From: Malacoraja senta
Taxonomy: Eukaryota
Assembly (NCBI GenBank): GCA_038087875.1
Contig: CM075987.1
Span: 28,088,001 to 28,152,000, forward strand
Length of the DNA: 64,000 nt
Direction of reading: 5' to 3'
Positions 13,001 to 28,000 of this stretch are shown in pieces (the first letter of the stretch is position 1; each line of letters starts with the position of its first letter). A program made the position numbers and the translations under genes. A model generated the notes under the pieces. It did not search any database and was not told where the DNA came from. It saw nothing but the letters and a program-made list of their open reading frames with translations.

Positions 13001-16000
13001 TTCAATTTAAAATGACAATTAATACACAAAATAGTTGTGCTATAACTCCTGGATAAGCGCTCAACTAAGAAAACCAAGCCCAAAACCAAAGTATTATCTC
13101 ACTAAATACACCAACTTACAATAAATGATTCCATATCCCCTCCTCCCTCCACTATCTTCCACTAATCCTAGCCCATCATTAAGCTTGTAACATCTCAAAT
13201 ATCTCCCTTGCACGAGACTGGGATACATTTGCACAGACTACAATTACCAAGAAATACACATACTGCATGTCTTACGTTTCCTTTCTGCCCCCAACTGACA
13301 CTTTCTTCTCCATCAAATCCACCTACTGCCTCGCTCTGCTGCCTCTGACATCTGCTTTACAGCCTGATGCAAACTCTGTCCACGAATTCCTAGCTCTCCA
13401 AATAGCGACGTGATCGATCTCGCTATGATATATATTTTTTCAATAAGTAAAGAGTTAATGTTACCAAAACCAATCTTTCTAAGCACTGATTAAAGCACAT
13501 TTAAATAGTAGGGAATAATTAAAACTTAAAAGTGAAATAAGTAAAATCTTATAACAACTTAGCCCATGTTGAGAATCTTTATTCAAATCAATGGGGACTC
13601 GGATCCAGTTAGTGTTGAATCCTAGAAACTCTAGCTTCATCATTAGACCGTTTGTGTGATGGCATCTGTTTCTTTGCTTGCCAGGGACTGAGTAGGTTTG
13701 CATAAGTTGAAGACTTACTTACCTGGGCATAACTAAGCCTCGCAATTGCTATACATAACTGGTGCGATCCATTGAACTTACATTTCTCTGCTTATTTTAC
13801 CATAATGGAATAAAACATTTTTTGTATTGATGTTTCCAATTAATTTCTTGACAAGATAAACACAGAGTATATTATTTGAAGAAATTAATTATTGTTCAAC
13901 ATTTACAAGTCTGTTATTTTTTCCTACTTAGCATGTTCCATTAATTCAAGGCACTTGAAATAAACTATATCAAAGAAATTTACAAATTAATGCTCTCATC
14001 ATGAAGCTGCCCATTGGAAGGTCACATCCTATAAATGTGGACATGATGGTTTGCAATTCCCATTCAAATTGTTGTTCATACAAACGGACTGCTGTGTGAG
14101 TGTGGTAGTCATACAGTCTGAAAACAGGCCCTTCGGCTCAACTAGCCCATGCCGATCAATATGCCCCATCTATACTAGTTCACGTTATAGGAGTAGAATT
14201 AGGCCATTCGACCATCGACTCCACTCTGTCATTCAATCATGGCTGATCACTGTCTCCTAATCCCATTTTCCTGCCTTCTCCCCATAACCCTCGACACCTG
14301 TTCTAATGAAGAATTTGTCTTCCTTTGCCTTAAAATAATCCACGGACTAGGCCTCCACAGCCCTCTGTGTCAATGAGTTCTGCAGATTAACTACCCTCTG
14401 ACTAGGAGAGGTCCCCCCTCATCCTTCTAAACTCCAGCAAGAAGAGGCCCAGTGTTGTCAAACACTCATCATATGTCAATCCACTCATTCCTGGGATCAT
14501 TCTTGTAAACCTCCTCTAGACCCTCTCCAGAGCCAGCACATCCTTCCTCAGATATGTGGCCCAAATTTGCTCACAGTACTCCAAATACAGCCAGACCAGC
14601 ACCTTATAGAGCCTCAACATTTCATCTGAGTTTATGTATTCTAGTCCTCTTGATTTAATGCTAGCATTGAATTTGCCTTCCTTACTACCGATTCGATTTG
14701 CAAATTAACTTTTTGGGAGTCCTGCACCAGCACTCCCAAGTCTCTTTGCACCTCTGATTTCTGGATTCTCTCTCCAGAGAGTAGGAGTTTGTAGAATCCA
14801 GGTTATGCATACTCAGAATGAGTTCCTCTTTTGCCAAAACTCTATTCTGAACATACTGATTGCAAAATGTATCCCATTTATTTGAAGTAATCTGGTAAAA
14901 TATAAAACTTGTCATATGTTCATTCATTAAGAGTGCTCACATTTCATTTGAAAGATGCTAAAACAATGAATTTTCAATCTATTTTGTGCATAGTTTTGGA
15001 CCAAGCGTGTAATTGATAACTTCATTAAAATTAAACTTATCAATTAATTGATTTTCAATTTGGTAAATGCTGAATTATCTTTTCTGTTTTTAATTTTACT
15101 CTATCTCACTTTGAAATATAGGTCAGGTGAACAACCTTGGCCTGATCAAGAATACTACAGACAGAGACATAACATTGATAGCAGGAAGGAGAACAGATCA
15201 CAGTAAGTGGTTATGACATAACGATTAATCAGTCAGATCTTTTAGAGAATTAAACAATCTTTAGTGCACTTTCTTATATTTATAATGTAATACATTCAGA
15301 AAGATTACCATTAATAAAGTCGACAATCAGATTGTATCTATAACAGCTGAAATGCTAAAACTGATTAATTTCACTGTCTTTATATCACTTTTCCCTATTG
15401 AAATACTTGTTTTTATAATGCAATTTTCTATACACAATATTTCTTTGATGCACAACTATGGAGTTATAGCTGAGCTACTTGTAAATAGCTCTTTTTTTAA
15501 ATTATTCTAAGACTCTTTATCTACATCCTGTTTTGTTCAATACTTACTGATGAATACTGTGATGTATTTATGTTGTTGGGGTCAGCCAACTATGTTGGCA
15601 TCTTTCACATGCAGATGACAGAGAGCTTTCTGCATTTCTGTGACTCTCGTTTTAGTCGAGTAGTTTCTGTCAAAGAATTCAAGAGGTTAAAGATAGAAAC
15701 ATAGAAACATAGAAAATAGGTGCAGGAGTAGGCCATTCGGCCATTCGAGCCTGCACCGCCATTCAATATGATCATGGCTGATCACCCAACTCAGTATCCT
15801 GTACCTGCCTTCTCTCCATACCCCCTGATCCCTGTAGCCACAAGGGCCACATCTAACTCCCTCTTAAATATAGCCAATGAACTGGCCTCAACTACCTTCT
15901 GTGGCAGAGAATTCCAGAGATTCACGACTCTGTGTGAAAAATGTTTTCCTCATCTCGGTCCTAAAAGATTTCCCCCTTATCCTTAAACTGTGACCCCTTG

Positions 16001-19000
16001 TTCTGGACTTCCCCAACATCGGGAACAATCTTCCTGCATCTAGCCTGTCCAACCCCTTAAGAATTTTGTACGTTTCTATAAGATCCCCCCCTCAATCTTC
16101 TAAATTCTAGCGAGTACAAACCGAGTCTATCCAGTCTTTCTTCATATGAAAGTCCTGACATCCCAGGAATCAGTCTGGTGAACCTTCTCTGTACTCCCTC
16201 TATGGAAAGAATGTCTTTCCTCAGATTAGGAGACCAAAATTGTACGCAATACTCCAGGTGTGGTCTCACCAAGACCTTGTACAACTGCAGTAGAACATCT
16301 CTGCTCCTATACTCAAATCCTTTTGCTATGAATGCTAACATACCATTCGCCTTCTTCACTGCCTGCTGCACCTGCATGCCTACTTTTAATGACTGGTGTA
16401 CCATGACACCCAGGTCTCGTTGCATCTCCCCTTTTCCTAATCGGCCACCATTCAGATAATAGTCTACTTTCCTGTTTTTGCCACCAAAGTGGATAACCTC
16501 ACATTTATCCACATTATACTGCATCTGCCATGCATTTGCCCACTCACCCAGCCTATCCAAGTCCCCTTGCAGCCTCCGAGCATCCTCCTCACAGCTAACA
16601 CTGCCCCCCAGCTTCGTGTCATCCGCAAACTTGGAGATGTTGCATTCAATTCCCTCGTCCAAATCATTAATATATGTCGTAAATAGCTGGGGTCCCAGCA
16701 CTGAGCCTTGCGGTACCCCACTAGTCACTGCCTGCCATTGTGAAAAGGACCCGTTTACTCCTACTCTTTGCATCCTGTCTGCCAGCCAGTTCTCTATCCA
16801 CATCAATACTGAACCCCCAATACCGTGTGCTTTAAGTTTGTATACTAATCTCTTACGTGGGACCTTGTCGAAAGCCTTCTGAAAGTCCAGATATAACACA
16901 TCCACTGGTTCTCCCTTATCCACTCTACTAGTTACATCCTCGAAAAATTATATAAGATTCGTCAGACATGATTTACCTTTCATAAATCCATGCTGAGTTT
17001 GTCCAATGATTTCACTACTTTCCAAATGTGCTGCTATCCCATCTTTAATAACTGATTCTAGCAGTTTCCCCACTACCGATGTTAGACTAACTGGTCTGTA
17101 ATTCCCCGTTTTATCTCTCCCTCCCTTTTTAAAAAGTGGGGTTCCATTAGCTACCCTCCAATCCTCAGGAACTACTCCAGAATCTAAAGAGTTTTGAATA
17201 ATTATCACTAATGCATCCACTATTTCTGGGGCTACTTCCTCATGTACTCTGGGATGCAGCCTATCTGGCGCTGGGGATTTATCTGCCTTTAATCCATTCA
17301 ATTTACCTAACACCACTTCCCGGCTAACCTGGATTTCATTCAGTTCCTCCATCTCATTTGACCCCCGATCCCCTGCTATTTCCGGCAGATTATTTATGTC
17401 TTCCTTAGTGAAAACAGAACCAAAGTAGTTATTCAATTGGTCTGCCATGTCCTTGTTCCCCATGATCAATTCACCTGTTTCTGACTGCAAGGGACCTACA
17501 TTTGTTTTAACTAATCTTTTTCTTTTCACATATCTATAAAAGCTTTTGCAGTCAGTTTTTATGTTCCCTGCCAGTTTTCTTTCATAATCTATTTTCCCAT
17601 TCCAAATTAAGCCCTTTGTCCTCCTCTGCTGGACTCTGAATTTCTCCCAGTCCTCTGGTAGGCTGCTTTTTCTGGCTAATTTGTACGCTTCATCTTTTGT
17701 TTTGATACTATCCCTGATTTCCCTCGTTATCCATGGATGCACTACCTTCCCTGATTTTTTTTTGTTGCCAAACTTGGATGAACAATTGTTGTAGTTTATC
17801 CATGCAGTCTTTAAATGCCTTCCATTGCATATCTACCGTCAACCCATTAAGAATCAATTGCCAGTCTATCTTGGCCAATTCACTTCTCATACCCTCAAAG
17901 TTACCTTTCTTTAAGTTCAGGACCCTTGTTTCTGAATTAACAATGTCACTCTCCATCCTAATGAAGAACTCAACCATATTATGGTCACTCTTGCCCAAGG
18001 GGCCACGCACAACAAGACTGCTAACTAACCCTTCCTCATTACTCAATACCCAATCTAGAATAGCCTGCTCTCTCGTTGGTTCCTCTACATGTTGGTTTAG
18101 AAAACTATCCCGCATACATTCCAAGAAATCCTCTTCCTCAGCACCCTTGCCAATTTGATTCACCCAATCTATATGTAGATTGAAGTCACCCATTATAACT
18201 GTTTTACCTTTGTTGCACGCATTTCTAATTTCCTGTTTGATGCCATCCCCAACTCCACTACTACCGTTAGGTGGCCTGTACACAACTCCCACTAGCGTTT
18301 TCTGCCCCTTAGTGTTTCGCAGCTCTACCCATATCGATTCCACATCCTCCAAGCTAATGTCCTTCCTTTCTATTGCGTTAATCTGCTCTCTAACCAGCAA
18401 CGCTACCCCACCTCCTTTCCCTTTCTGTCTATCCCTCCTGAATATTGAATATCCCTGGGTGTTCAGCTCCCAGCCTTGGTTACCCTGGAGCCATGTCTCT
18501 GCGATCCCAACTATATCATAGTCATTAATAGCTATCTGCACATTCAACTCATCCACCTTATTACAAATGCTCCTTGCATTGAGACACAAAGCCTTCAGGC
18601 TTGTTTTTACAACACTCTTACCGCTTATAAAATTATGTTGAAAAGTGGCCCTTTTTGATTTTTGCCCTGGATTTGTCTGACTGCCACTTTTACTTTTCAC
18701 CTTGCTACCTATTGCTTCTACCCTCATTTTGCACCCCTCCGTCTCTACGCTCACACATTTAAGAAACCCTTTCCCTTTAACTCCATCCTCAACTATCCCA
18801 TTTGACACCCCACCCCCCTTATTCAGTTTAAAACCACCCGTGTAGCAGTGGCAAACCTGCCTGCCAGAATGCTGGTCCCCAACCTGTTAAGATGCAATCC
18901 GTCCCTTTTGTACAGTTCCCCCTTACTCCAAAACAGATCCCAGTGATCTAAGAATCTAAATCCCTGCCCCGTGCACCAGTTCCTCAGCCACACATTCAGG

Positions 19001-22000
19001 TCCCGTATCTCCCTGTTCCTGCTCTCGCCAGCATGAGGAACTGGAAGCAAACCGGAGATAACAACCCTGGAGGTCCTGCTTTTCAGCATTTTTCCAAGCT
19101 CTCTAAAGTCACGCTGCAGAATATTCATCCCCTTCTTTCCGACATCGTTTGTGCCGACATGCACTACCACTTCCGGCTGTTCACCTTCGCCCTTGAGGAT
19201 TTTCTGCACTCTGTCCGTGACATCCTGGATCCTGGCACCAGGAAGGCAGCACACCATCCTCGAATCCCGTCTGTTGCCGCAGAAACCCCTGTCCGTACCT
19301 CTCACAATGGAGTCTCCCACTACAATGACGTTGCCTGACTTTGGCCTTTTTAGTTTTGGCTCAACAGCCCTATTCACATCGCAAGCCAGTCTGCCGCTCA
19401 GTGTTAAAACATCTTCTGTCCCGACAGCTTCCAAGTGGGTGAACCTGTTCACAAGAGGTACAACATCCGGGGACATTTGCATTCCATGCTTCCCTCCCCT
19501 CCCTTTCTCACTGTCTCCCACCTTCTCTCTTCCAGTACCTTAGGGGTAACAATATTACTGTAGGACTTGTCGAGGAACGACTCCGTTTCTCGGACAAACC
19601 TGAGGTCATCCACTTGCTTCTCCAGTTCCCCAACACGGTCCTTCAGGAGCTGTACCTGGATGCACTTGTCACATTTGTAGCAGCCAGAGGCACCAGCAGT
19701 GTCCTTGACCCCCCACATACTGCAAGCATCACACTGAATCAGCTTGCCTGACATCTCCTTCTTTCGTCTCTCCCTCTGCAGTGTTTTGCGTAGCCTCCTC
19801 TCCTCAGCCTCCTCGCCAAAGACTCTCGAGCCAAAGACTCTCGAGCCAAAGACTCTCGAGCCAAAGACTCACACTTTTCTCACAGGGCACTTCCCCCACT
19901 GCCACTCCCTAAGAGCAGTCTTGCTTATATTGACTGATAAATTGCCTAATTTACCAATTTACAATCCAAATTCCTCAGTTTTCAACTGTTTTCCCCGCTT
20001 TGACTCACTTCTCTCCTCCCTCTTGGGCTAGAGCAAATCAGTGTTTTCTCTTGCTAATCTTCTCCTGCTGTTGCTTCCAAATCTGCAGCAGCTCTGAGTA
20101 GTCTGTCTGTGCTTTTCCTCTCATTTTCAACTGTTTTCCCCCCTCTCTTCAGCCAAATGCTTAAACTCTTCAAACATCTTACTTTAGGTTTGTAATTTTT
20201 TTTAATTGCAAAAAAATGTAATCTGTTACCTTCTTACAAAATTCTGTTTTGGAATATAGGTCTCCTTCTCGAAATAGTAGAACCTTTGAGCCACCTGATA
20301 CATCGATCAAAATGTATGTTTCTAGGTTAGAGTAAATAATAAAGTAGTGTTGGTGTAGTCAATCTGTTCATAATATAGACATTCATAATATGCAATTATC
20401 CTGCATTGTACAATTGTATAATATACAACTGGCATTGAAAGAGGATGAGGAGCAAGAGAGCAAATTAAATGGCAGTAACACAAAGATAATAAAATCGGAA
20501 ATTAAGACCAGAGCCAAGTGCAAATTGGTTTGGAGTCAATAATGTGAGGATCTCAAAGATTGGCGTGGGAGTAAAGAATTGCAATTTATATGGGCCTATC
20601 ATCAGTAGTGGTAAAGAGGGAACTCTGTGTTGGGTTGAGTTTCATTTGAATTAAGCTCAGATCAAAATCCTTGGAAATCAAATAAGTAGGGCTGAAGATA
20701 AGGTTTTGAACTGAATAGTGCAAGGATAATTCACGTGAGGGAAATCGACAATGATAATCAGTCTATTGGGAAACGATAGTGCGTACAAACAAAAAAATAT
20801 ACCTCTAATTAAAATCAGAGTAAAAATACAAAACTGTACAAGCTTCAGTAAAGGAGGGATAGCCCTCATAAAAGTATGAGACAATAAACAATAGGAAGAG
20901 GATCTTAGCTGAGAAAATTAAGAAATAGTTTAAGAAGGAACGTTGGAAAATCAAAAGTAGGCAAAAAATGTTGGAGAAACTCAGTGGGTGAGGCAGCATC
21001 ACAAATAAGCAATTACTTTTCACATTTATTAGACTAAGTGCATTGGCACCATGCATCAATCTGCATTTATTTCTCAGAAGACCTGTCCTGGGCCAAGTGC
21101 ATAGATGTGTCGCAGTATAATGAGAAACAGCATGTCACTGAAAATTCTACAGTGTCCAAACTTGTTGCATAGTGGCCTGGCACCACAACTCCACCACACA
21201 GGATCACAAAAGGCTGTGAGTAGTGGTGGGCTCAGCCTAATCCACCATGGGTACAGCCCTCCCAACTATTAAAAATATCTACCTGAGATGCTTCCTCAAG
21301 AAGGTGGCATTCATCATCAAGCATCCGCACTATCTGGGCCATGGATGTTCTTGCTGCTACCATCAGGCAGGAGGTACAGACACCTGAAGTCCCATGCCAC
21401 TATGTTCAGCAACAGTTAAATTCTTATAGCTGTCACGTTCTTGAACAACCTGCACAACTATAATCCTAACTCAGCAACAGAACATCATTGATAACCTCAT
21501 GTATTACCAGGAACTGGTTTTCTAATTGTGTTTCGCACCTATGTCTTGTGTGAAGTTTTTTTTCTTTTTCACTGTCTTTATATCACTTTTCCCTATTGAA
21601 ATACTTGTTTTTATAATGCAATTTTTTTCTATGCACAAGGTTTCTTTGGTGCACAACTATGGAGGTATAGTTGAGCTACCTGTAAATTGCTTTAAAAAAA
21701 ATTAATCTAAGACTCTTTATCTACATCCTGTTTTGTTCAATACTTACTGATGAATACTGTGATGTATTTATGTTGTTTGGGTCAGCCAACTATGTTGGCA
21801 TCTTTCACATGCAGATGACAGAGAGCTTTCTGCGTTTCTGTGACTCTCATTTTAATATGAGAGTAGTTTCTGTGAAACAATTCAAGAGGTTGAAGATATT
21901 TCAGCCAAATGCGTAAACTCTTCAAACAATCTTACTTTAGGTTTGAAATTTTTTTAAATTGCAAACAAATGTCATCTGTTACCCTCTTACAAAACTCTGT

Positions 22001-25000
22001 TTCGGAATATAGGTCTCCTCGAATTAGCAGAACCTTTGAGCCACCTGATACATCGAGCAAAATGCATGTTTCCAGGTTAGAGTAAATAATAAAGTAGTGT
22101 TGGTGTAGTCAATCTGTTCATAATATAGACGTTCATAATATGCAATTATCCTGCCTGGTACAATTGTATAATATACAACTGGCATTGAAAGAGGATGAGG
22201 AGCAAGAGAGCAAATTAAATGGCAGTAACACAATGATAATAATATCGGAAAGTAAGACCAGAGCCAAGTGCAAAGGAACCTTGTCAAAGGCCTTACTGAA
22301 GTCCATATAGACAACATCCACTGCTTTACCCTCATCAATTTCCCTAGTAACCTCTACGAAAAATTCAAGAAGATTAATCAAACATGACCTTCCAGGCACA
22401 AATCCATGTTGACTGTTCCTAATCAGACCCTGTTTATCCAGATGCTTATATATATTATCCCTAAGTATCCTTTCCATTAATTTGCCCACCACTGACGTCA
22501 AACTAACAGGTCTATAATTGCTAGGTTTACTCTTAGAACCCTTTTTAAACAATGGAACAACATGCGCAGTACGCCAATCCTCCGGCACTATTCCCGTTTC
22601 TAATGACATTTGAAATATTTCTGTCATAGCCCCTGCTATTTCTACACTAACTTCCCTCAATGTCCTAGGGAATATCCTGTCAGGACCTGGAGACTTATCC
22701 GTTTTCATATTTTTCAAAAGTGTCCACACTTCCTCTTCTTTGAATCTCATAGTTTCCATTGCTACTCTGCTTGTTTCCCTTACCTCACATAATTCAATAT
22801 CCTTCTCCTTGGTGAATACCGAAGAAAAGAAATTGTTCAATATCTCCCCCATCTCTTTTGGCTCTGCAGATAGCTGTCCACCCTGACTCTCCAATGGACC
22901 AATTTTATTCCTTGTTATCCTTTTGCTATTAATATAGCTGTAGAAACCCTTTGGGTTTACTTTCACCTTACTTGCCAAAGCAACCTCATATCTTTTAGCT
23001 TTTCTAATTTCTTTCTTAAGATTCTTTTTACATTCTTTATACTCCTGCAGCACCTCATTTACTCCATGCTGCCTATAATTATTGTAGATCTCTCTCTTTT
23101 TCTGAACCAAGTGTCCAATTTCCCTTGAAAACCATGGCTCTTTCCAATTTTTACAATTTCCTTTCAACCGAACAGGGACATAAAGATTCTGTACTCTTAA
23201 AATTTCACCTTTAAATGTCCTCCATTTCCCTTCTACATCCTTCCCATAAAACAACATGTCCCAACTCACTCCTTTTAAATCCTTTCGCATCTCCTCAAAG
23301 TTAGCCTTTCTCCAGTCAAAAATCTCAACCTTAGGTCCAGTTCTGACCCTCTCCATAATTATATTGAAACTAATGGTATTGTGATCACTGGACCCAAAGT
23401 GCTCCCCAACGCATACCTCCGCCACCTGCCCTGTCTCATTTCCTAACAGGAGGTCCAGCACTGCCCCTTCTCTTGTAGGTACCTCTATGTATTGCTGCAA
23501 AAAACTATCCTGCACACATTTTACAAACTCCAAACCATCCAGCCCTTTTACAGAATGTGTTTCCCAGTCTATGTGTGGAAAGTTGAAATCTCCCACAATC
23601 ACTACCTTGTGCTTACTACTAATATCTTCTATCTCCTTACATATTTGCTCTTCCAATTCTCGCTCTCCATTAGGCGGTCTATAATACACCCCTATAAGTG
23701 TTGCTACCCCTTTCCCATTTATCAGTTCCACCCAAATAGCCTCCCTAGACGAGCCCTCTAATCTATCCTGCCAAAGCACTGCTGTGTGTATACCAGACTC
23801 TAAGATGCACTCTGAGTGTATACCAGACGCTTTCAAATCAATTATGATGACAAATCAATAAGGCAACAAGTTATTTTTGATCTAATATTGATGTCATGAG
23901 AAGGGATTCATCAGTTGTGCAGTTAAGGAGCCATCAGGGAAAAGTAATCAATCATGATTTGGTCCAATTTTAAAATTAAGACTGGTAGCACTTTAGTTCA
24001 ATACAAAATCAAGGTCTTAAATCTAAATAAGCCAACTATAAAAGATATGAGGCGTGAGTTGGATTTGGCAGATTGGGAAACTGCATTAAGGCCAATGGAA
24101 AAGGCTTTTAATGTTGTCAAAAAGAACAACAGGCTCAAGGATTGGGAAAATTGAAGAATTCAGCAAAGTAGGACAAAACATTAACAAGGAAAGGAAAGTC
24201 TAGAGCAAATCATAAAAGCTGTGTGGCAAAGCTATTATAAGCCTCTGCTACTTCCATATCAACCGATGCAGACGGACATCATCCAGCATTTGTTGACTGT
24301 TCTTGGCGTGTATGGCAACACAGGCAAAGGTCATCTACCATTTGGGTGTTGCAGTGGAAGCTTAGACTTCTGCCCAGTTTCCTGGCATCTTGGCTCTGGA
24401 TACCAGACTTCAGTCTATCTCCAGCAATTCCCATTCAATTGTAGCAGGACTCTCAGGTTGCCTATAAAGCCTGGTTGCTGTAATTTGGAGTGAAACACTC
24501 TAGTTTACATCCAGTCAGTCTAGACCCCACCTGTATTGCAGTTTCTTCCATTGCTATATTTATATTTTTTGCATACACCGTAATTTACTTAAAACAATAC
24601 CAGATATTTACTAGATATGTAACTAATCCAGTATTATGAGAGTTATAAAATTGTACAACACATAAATGGGTGTTCTGGCTTACCATAGTCACGCTGTCAC
24701 TTTGTGCCCAAACTTCACTCATCCCATTTGCCTCATCCTTCAATGCCTTGCCTACAATTTGATTTGAAGATAGACACAAAATGCTGGAGTAACTCAGCAG
24801 GACAGGCAGCATCTCTGGAGAGAAGGAATGGGTGAGGTTTTGGGGCGAGACCCTTCTTCAGGATTCCTCAGTTTTGATTTTTATGTTTTTCTGTGTTCTA
24901 TCCTTGCTTTTTTTTTTAGGGCATTCACTCCTGGACCTCCTGAGGAAGGCGTGTTTGGCGGTCAGGATAATGATTCAAATGGTTTGCCTATCTGTAGGTC

Positions 25001-28000
25001 AGTGCAATGGCTTTGTGAGTTACAGAATAGCAAAAACATTTAATCACACCTATAATAATACAACAACAATTGTGTGTGGGTCATTGCTCTGCTGAATTAT
25101 TGTGGGTTCCAGGCCTTAGATCCACAAGCATAATTCGAATGAATGAATGAATGAATGAATAAGTTTATTGGCCAAGTATTCACATACAAGGAATTTGCTT
25201 TGGTGCTCCGCCCGCAAGTGACAACATGGCATACAGTGACAGTTAGGAATGACATAATGGCCTAATTCTGTTCCTATCACTTATGACTTTATGACTATCT
25301 GCAATACCACCCACTTTTGTATCTGCAAACTTGCTCATCTTGCCATGTAAATTTCATCCAAATTATTGATATTGATGACAAACAGTAACTGGCCCAGCAC
25401 CGAACCCTGAGGCGCACCACTAGTCACAGGCCTGCAGTCTGAGAAGCAACCTTCCACCATCTCCCTCTGTTTCTTTCCATGAAGCCAATTCTCTATCCAT
25501 TCTTTTTAATGCATTTGATGCTGATGCTTTCCATGATGTGGTAAGGGTTGGTCCATTGAGTATGAGAATTTTGTCAGCCATTCAGCAAACCACCAGAACA
25601 CTGATACCTGCTCAGACCACCCATCCTAACTAGTCTGGAAGGCAGATTTATTTTTTCAGCATGTCAATCACTATAATGCACCATGACAACTCCATGTTTT
25701 TTAGATGTCATGGCAGTTCTGACAGGAGCCATGTCTGTCTAATATTTTTACATTTCTCTTTGATCTTTGTGATACATATTGTATGGCATATCTATAGAAG
25801 GTAGATGGTTGATCATGCTTTTTCTTTTTAACTAGGGATGTTCTGTCACCCTCACAGTAAGTATTCAAATAATTTTTGGTGCTGCTCTAGTACTAATTGT
25901 CTGAGAGAAATTTCTGCTGGGAAAGCAGAAACATTTCTGCAAATATCTTAGTTTTACAACATTTTCAAGGAGGCGCCTCGTGATAACATAGCATTATCAC
26001 TTATCTTAGATAGGCAATAAAATATCCTATTTACAGTTGTCACAACTTATATTAACTAAAAATAAATGTAAATTTCAGTGGTGTTGATTGGACACCAGGA
26101 GAATTCCAAGCTTTTCAAATACTGACGGACCTTTACCTTTCACCTTAATTGTCAAATGAGATCATAATTTAAGAATAAAGAGTAAGCCATTTAGAACGGA
26201 GTCGAGGAAACACTTTTTCTCACAGAGAGTGGTGAGTCTGTGGAATTCTCTGCCTCAGAGGGCGGTGGAGGCAGGTTCTCTGGATGCTTTGAAGAGAGAG
26301 CTAGATAGAGCTCTTAAAAATAGCGGAGTCAAGGGATATAGGGAGAAGGCAGGAACGGGGTACTGATTGGGGATGATCAGCCATGATCACATTGAATGGC
26401 GGTGCTGGCTCGAAGGGCCAAATGGCCTACTCCTGCATCTATTGTCTATTGTCTATTGTCTATTGTCTATTGTCCATAATTTAACATCAGATTTAAAAGA
26501 CAGGAATGCAGACTTTTGCCAATATTTTCCTTGAATCTTGGACTCGGTTAAGTACTGGATTTTTGGGACTTGAATCCGTGAGTTTTTCACTCAGTGCCAA
26601 ATGCTTATTAATTGGGTCAAATTAATATTCAATTATTGTGAGGAAATTAGGTGTTCAATAGGTTGGAATCCGTATCTGGTGAATTCCAATATACCAGATG
26701 TGCGCTAGTTACAGGAAGCCTCCCTGAAACTGGTCACATAAGCTAACATTTTTTTTTCCATTTTCAATTTGTTTTTCAAGATAGTTTAATTTACTTTATA
26801 CTGTTACTATCATGGCTGACTCGTTTTCTAAGCATGTTTGACTATTTCCATTTGGACTTACCCACTTCAGTTCAATTTAGTTTATTGTCATGTGTTGCCC
26901 TCACCTATCAGAATAAAATCAGGTTGATTACTCAGCTACTATAACTATACCTCAGAGATGGAAAGGCAAAGAAGTGATTTTGTTCAAGCCTGTGACTTCT
27001 TAATGACTGACATATTAACAATGAATTTCAATATGTTTGGGAATTGTTACCAGTGATATTATCTGACCCATCGGGGCTCCCTGGATTCTTGGTGTTAGCA
27101 ATTACTCCTCTTTCACTTGATTAATACAGCAGAGAATTTATTAAAAATATGTGCTGTACAGTATAATTGGAAGATTCGCAGTGGCCTTCATTTGTTACCC
27201 AACAAATGTAATTGTTCTATTTTAGTACATATGAAAATTCCCTTGACTCTGTTAAACACATCTGATTATGTATTCCAATGATTTCAAGGAGCCAACGTTT
27301 ATTGTATTGTATTGTATATCTTTATTGTCATTTCCTGAGTATTCGCATACCCAGATGAAACAAAAAAACTTTCCTCAACCAGTGTCCATTTCAGTGTGCA
27401 GTAAAAAATAAATAGAAGTACACACACTCTTCATACACACCACTCGCTCCAAAAACCCACGAAAACACCGAACTTTCACTGGGAGAGGCCGCTGCAAACT
27501 CCGGTCGCGCCGCCATCTTGTAAAATCTTTAAAAAAGATTTAATGTAAATTATAGATTTAATTATTTATATAATTATTAATTCTATATCAATCATCTTAT
27601 ACACCTCCATAAGATCAATTGGTAATAAATTATATAATTATATTGAATAGAATTATATTAAAAATATGATTATATTAAATATGATTAATAATTATAATCA
27701 GACATAATTATTTATAATATTTATTTATATGATTGTTTATAGATTTATAAATTATAGACTGATTTTAATACTGCAGTTATGAAACAATTTCTATATCATG
27801 AAGGTCATCCAGATGTGTTATATTGATGGTTGTATTAGATGGTTGTATTATGTTATCATTTACATTTCTCATCCACTTAAATAGATCTATTTATATGCAT
27901 GTTTTCATATTTCCACCTTGCTCTTTGACCATGCACTTATAGGATGTAAAGATATAGAGCTTTCCATTATTTCATTTATGAAATAGAAATAATGTAAATC

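Noticed and set aside
16178..19543. Several plus-strand ORFs of 60-141 aa
   Set aside because: Antisense shadows of CR1 ORFs.
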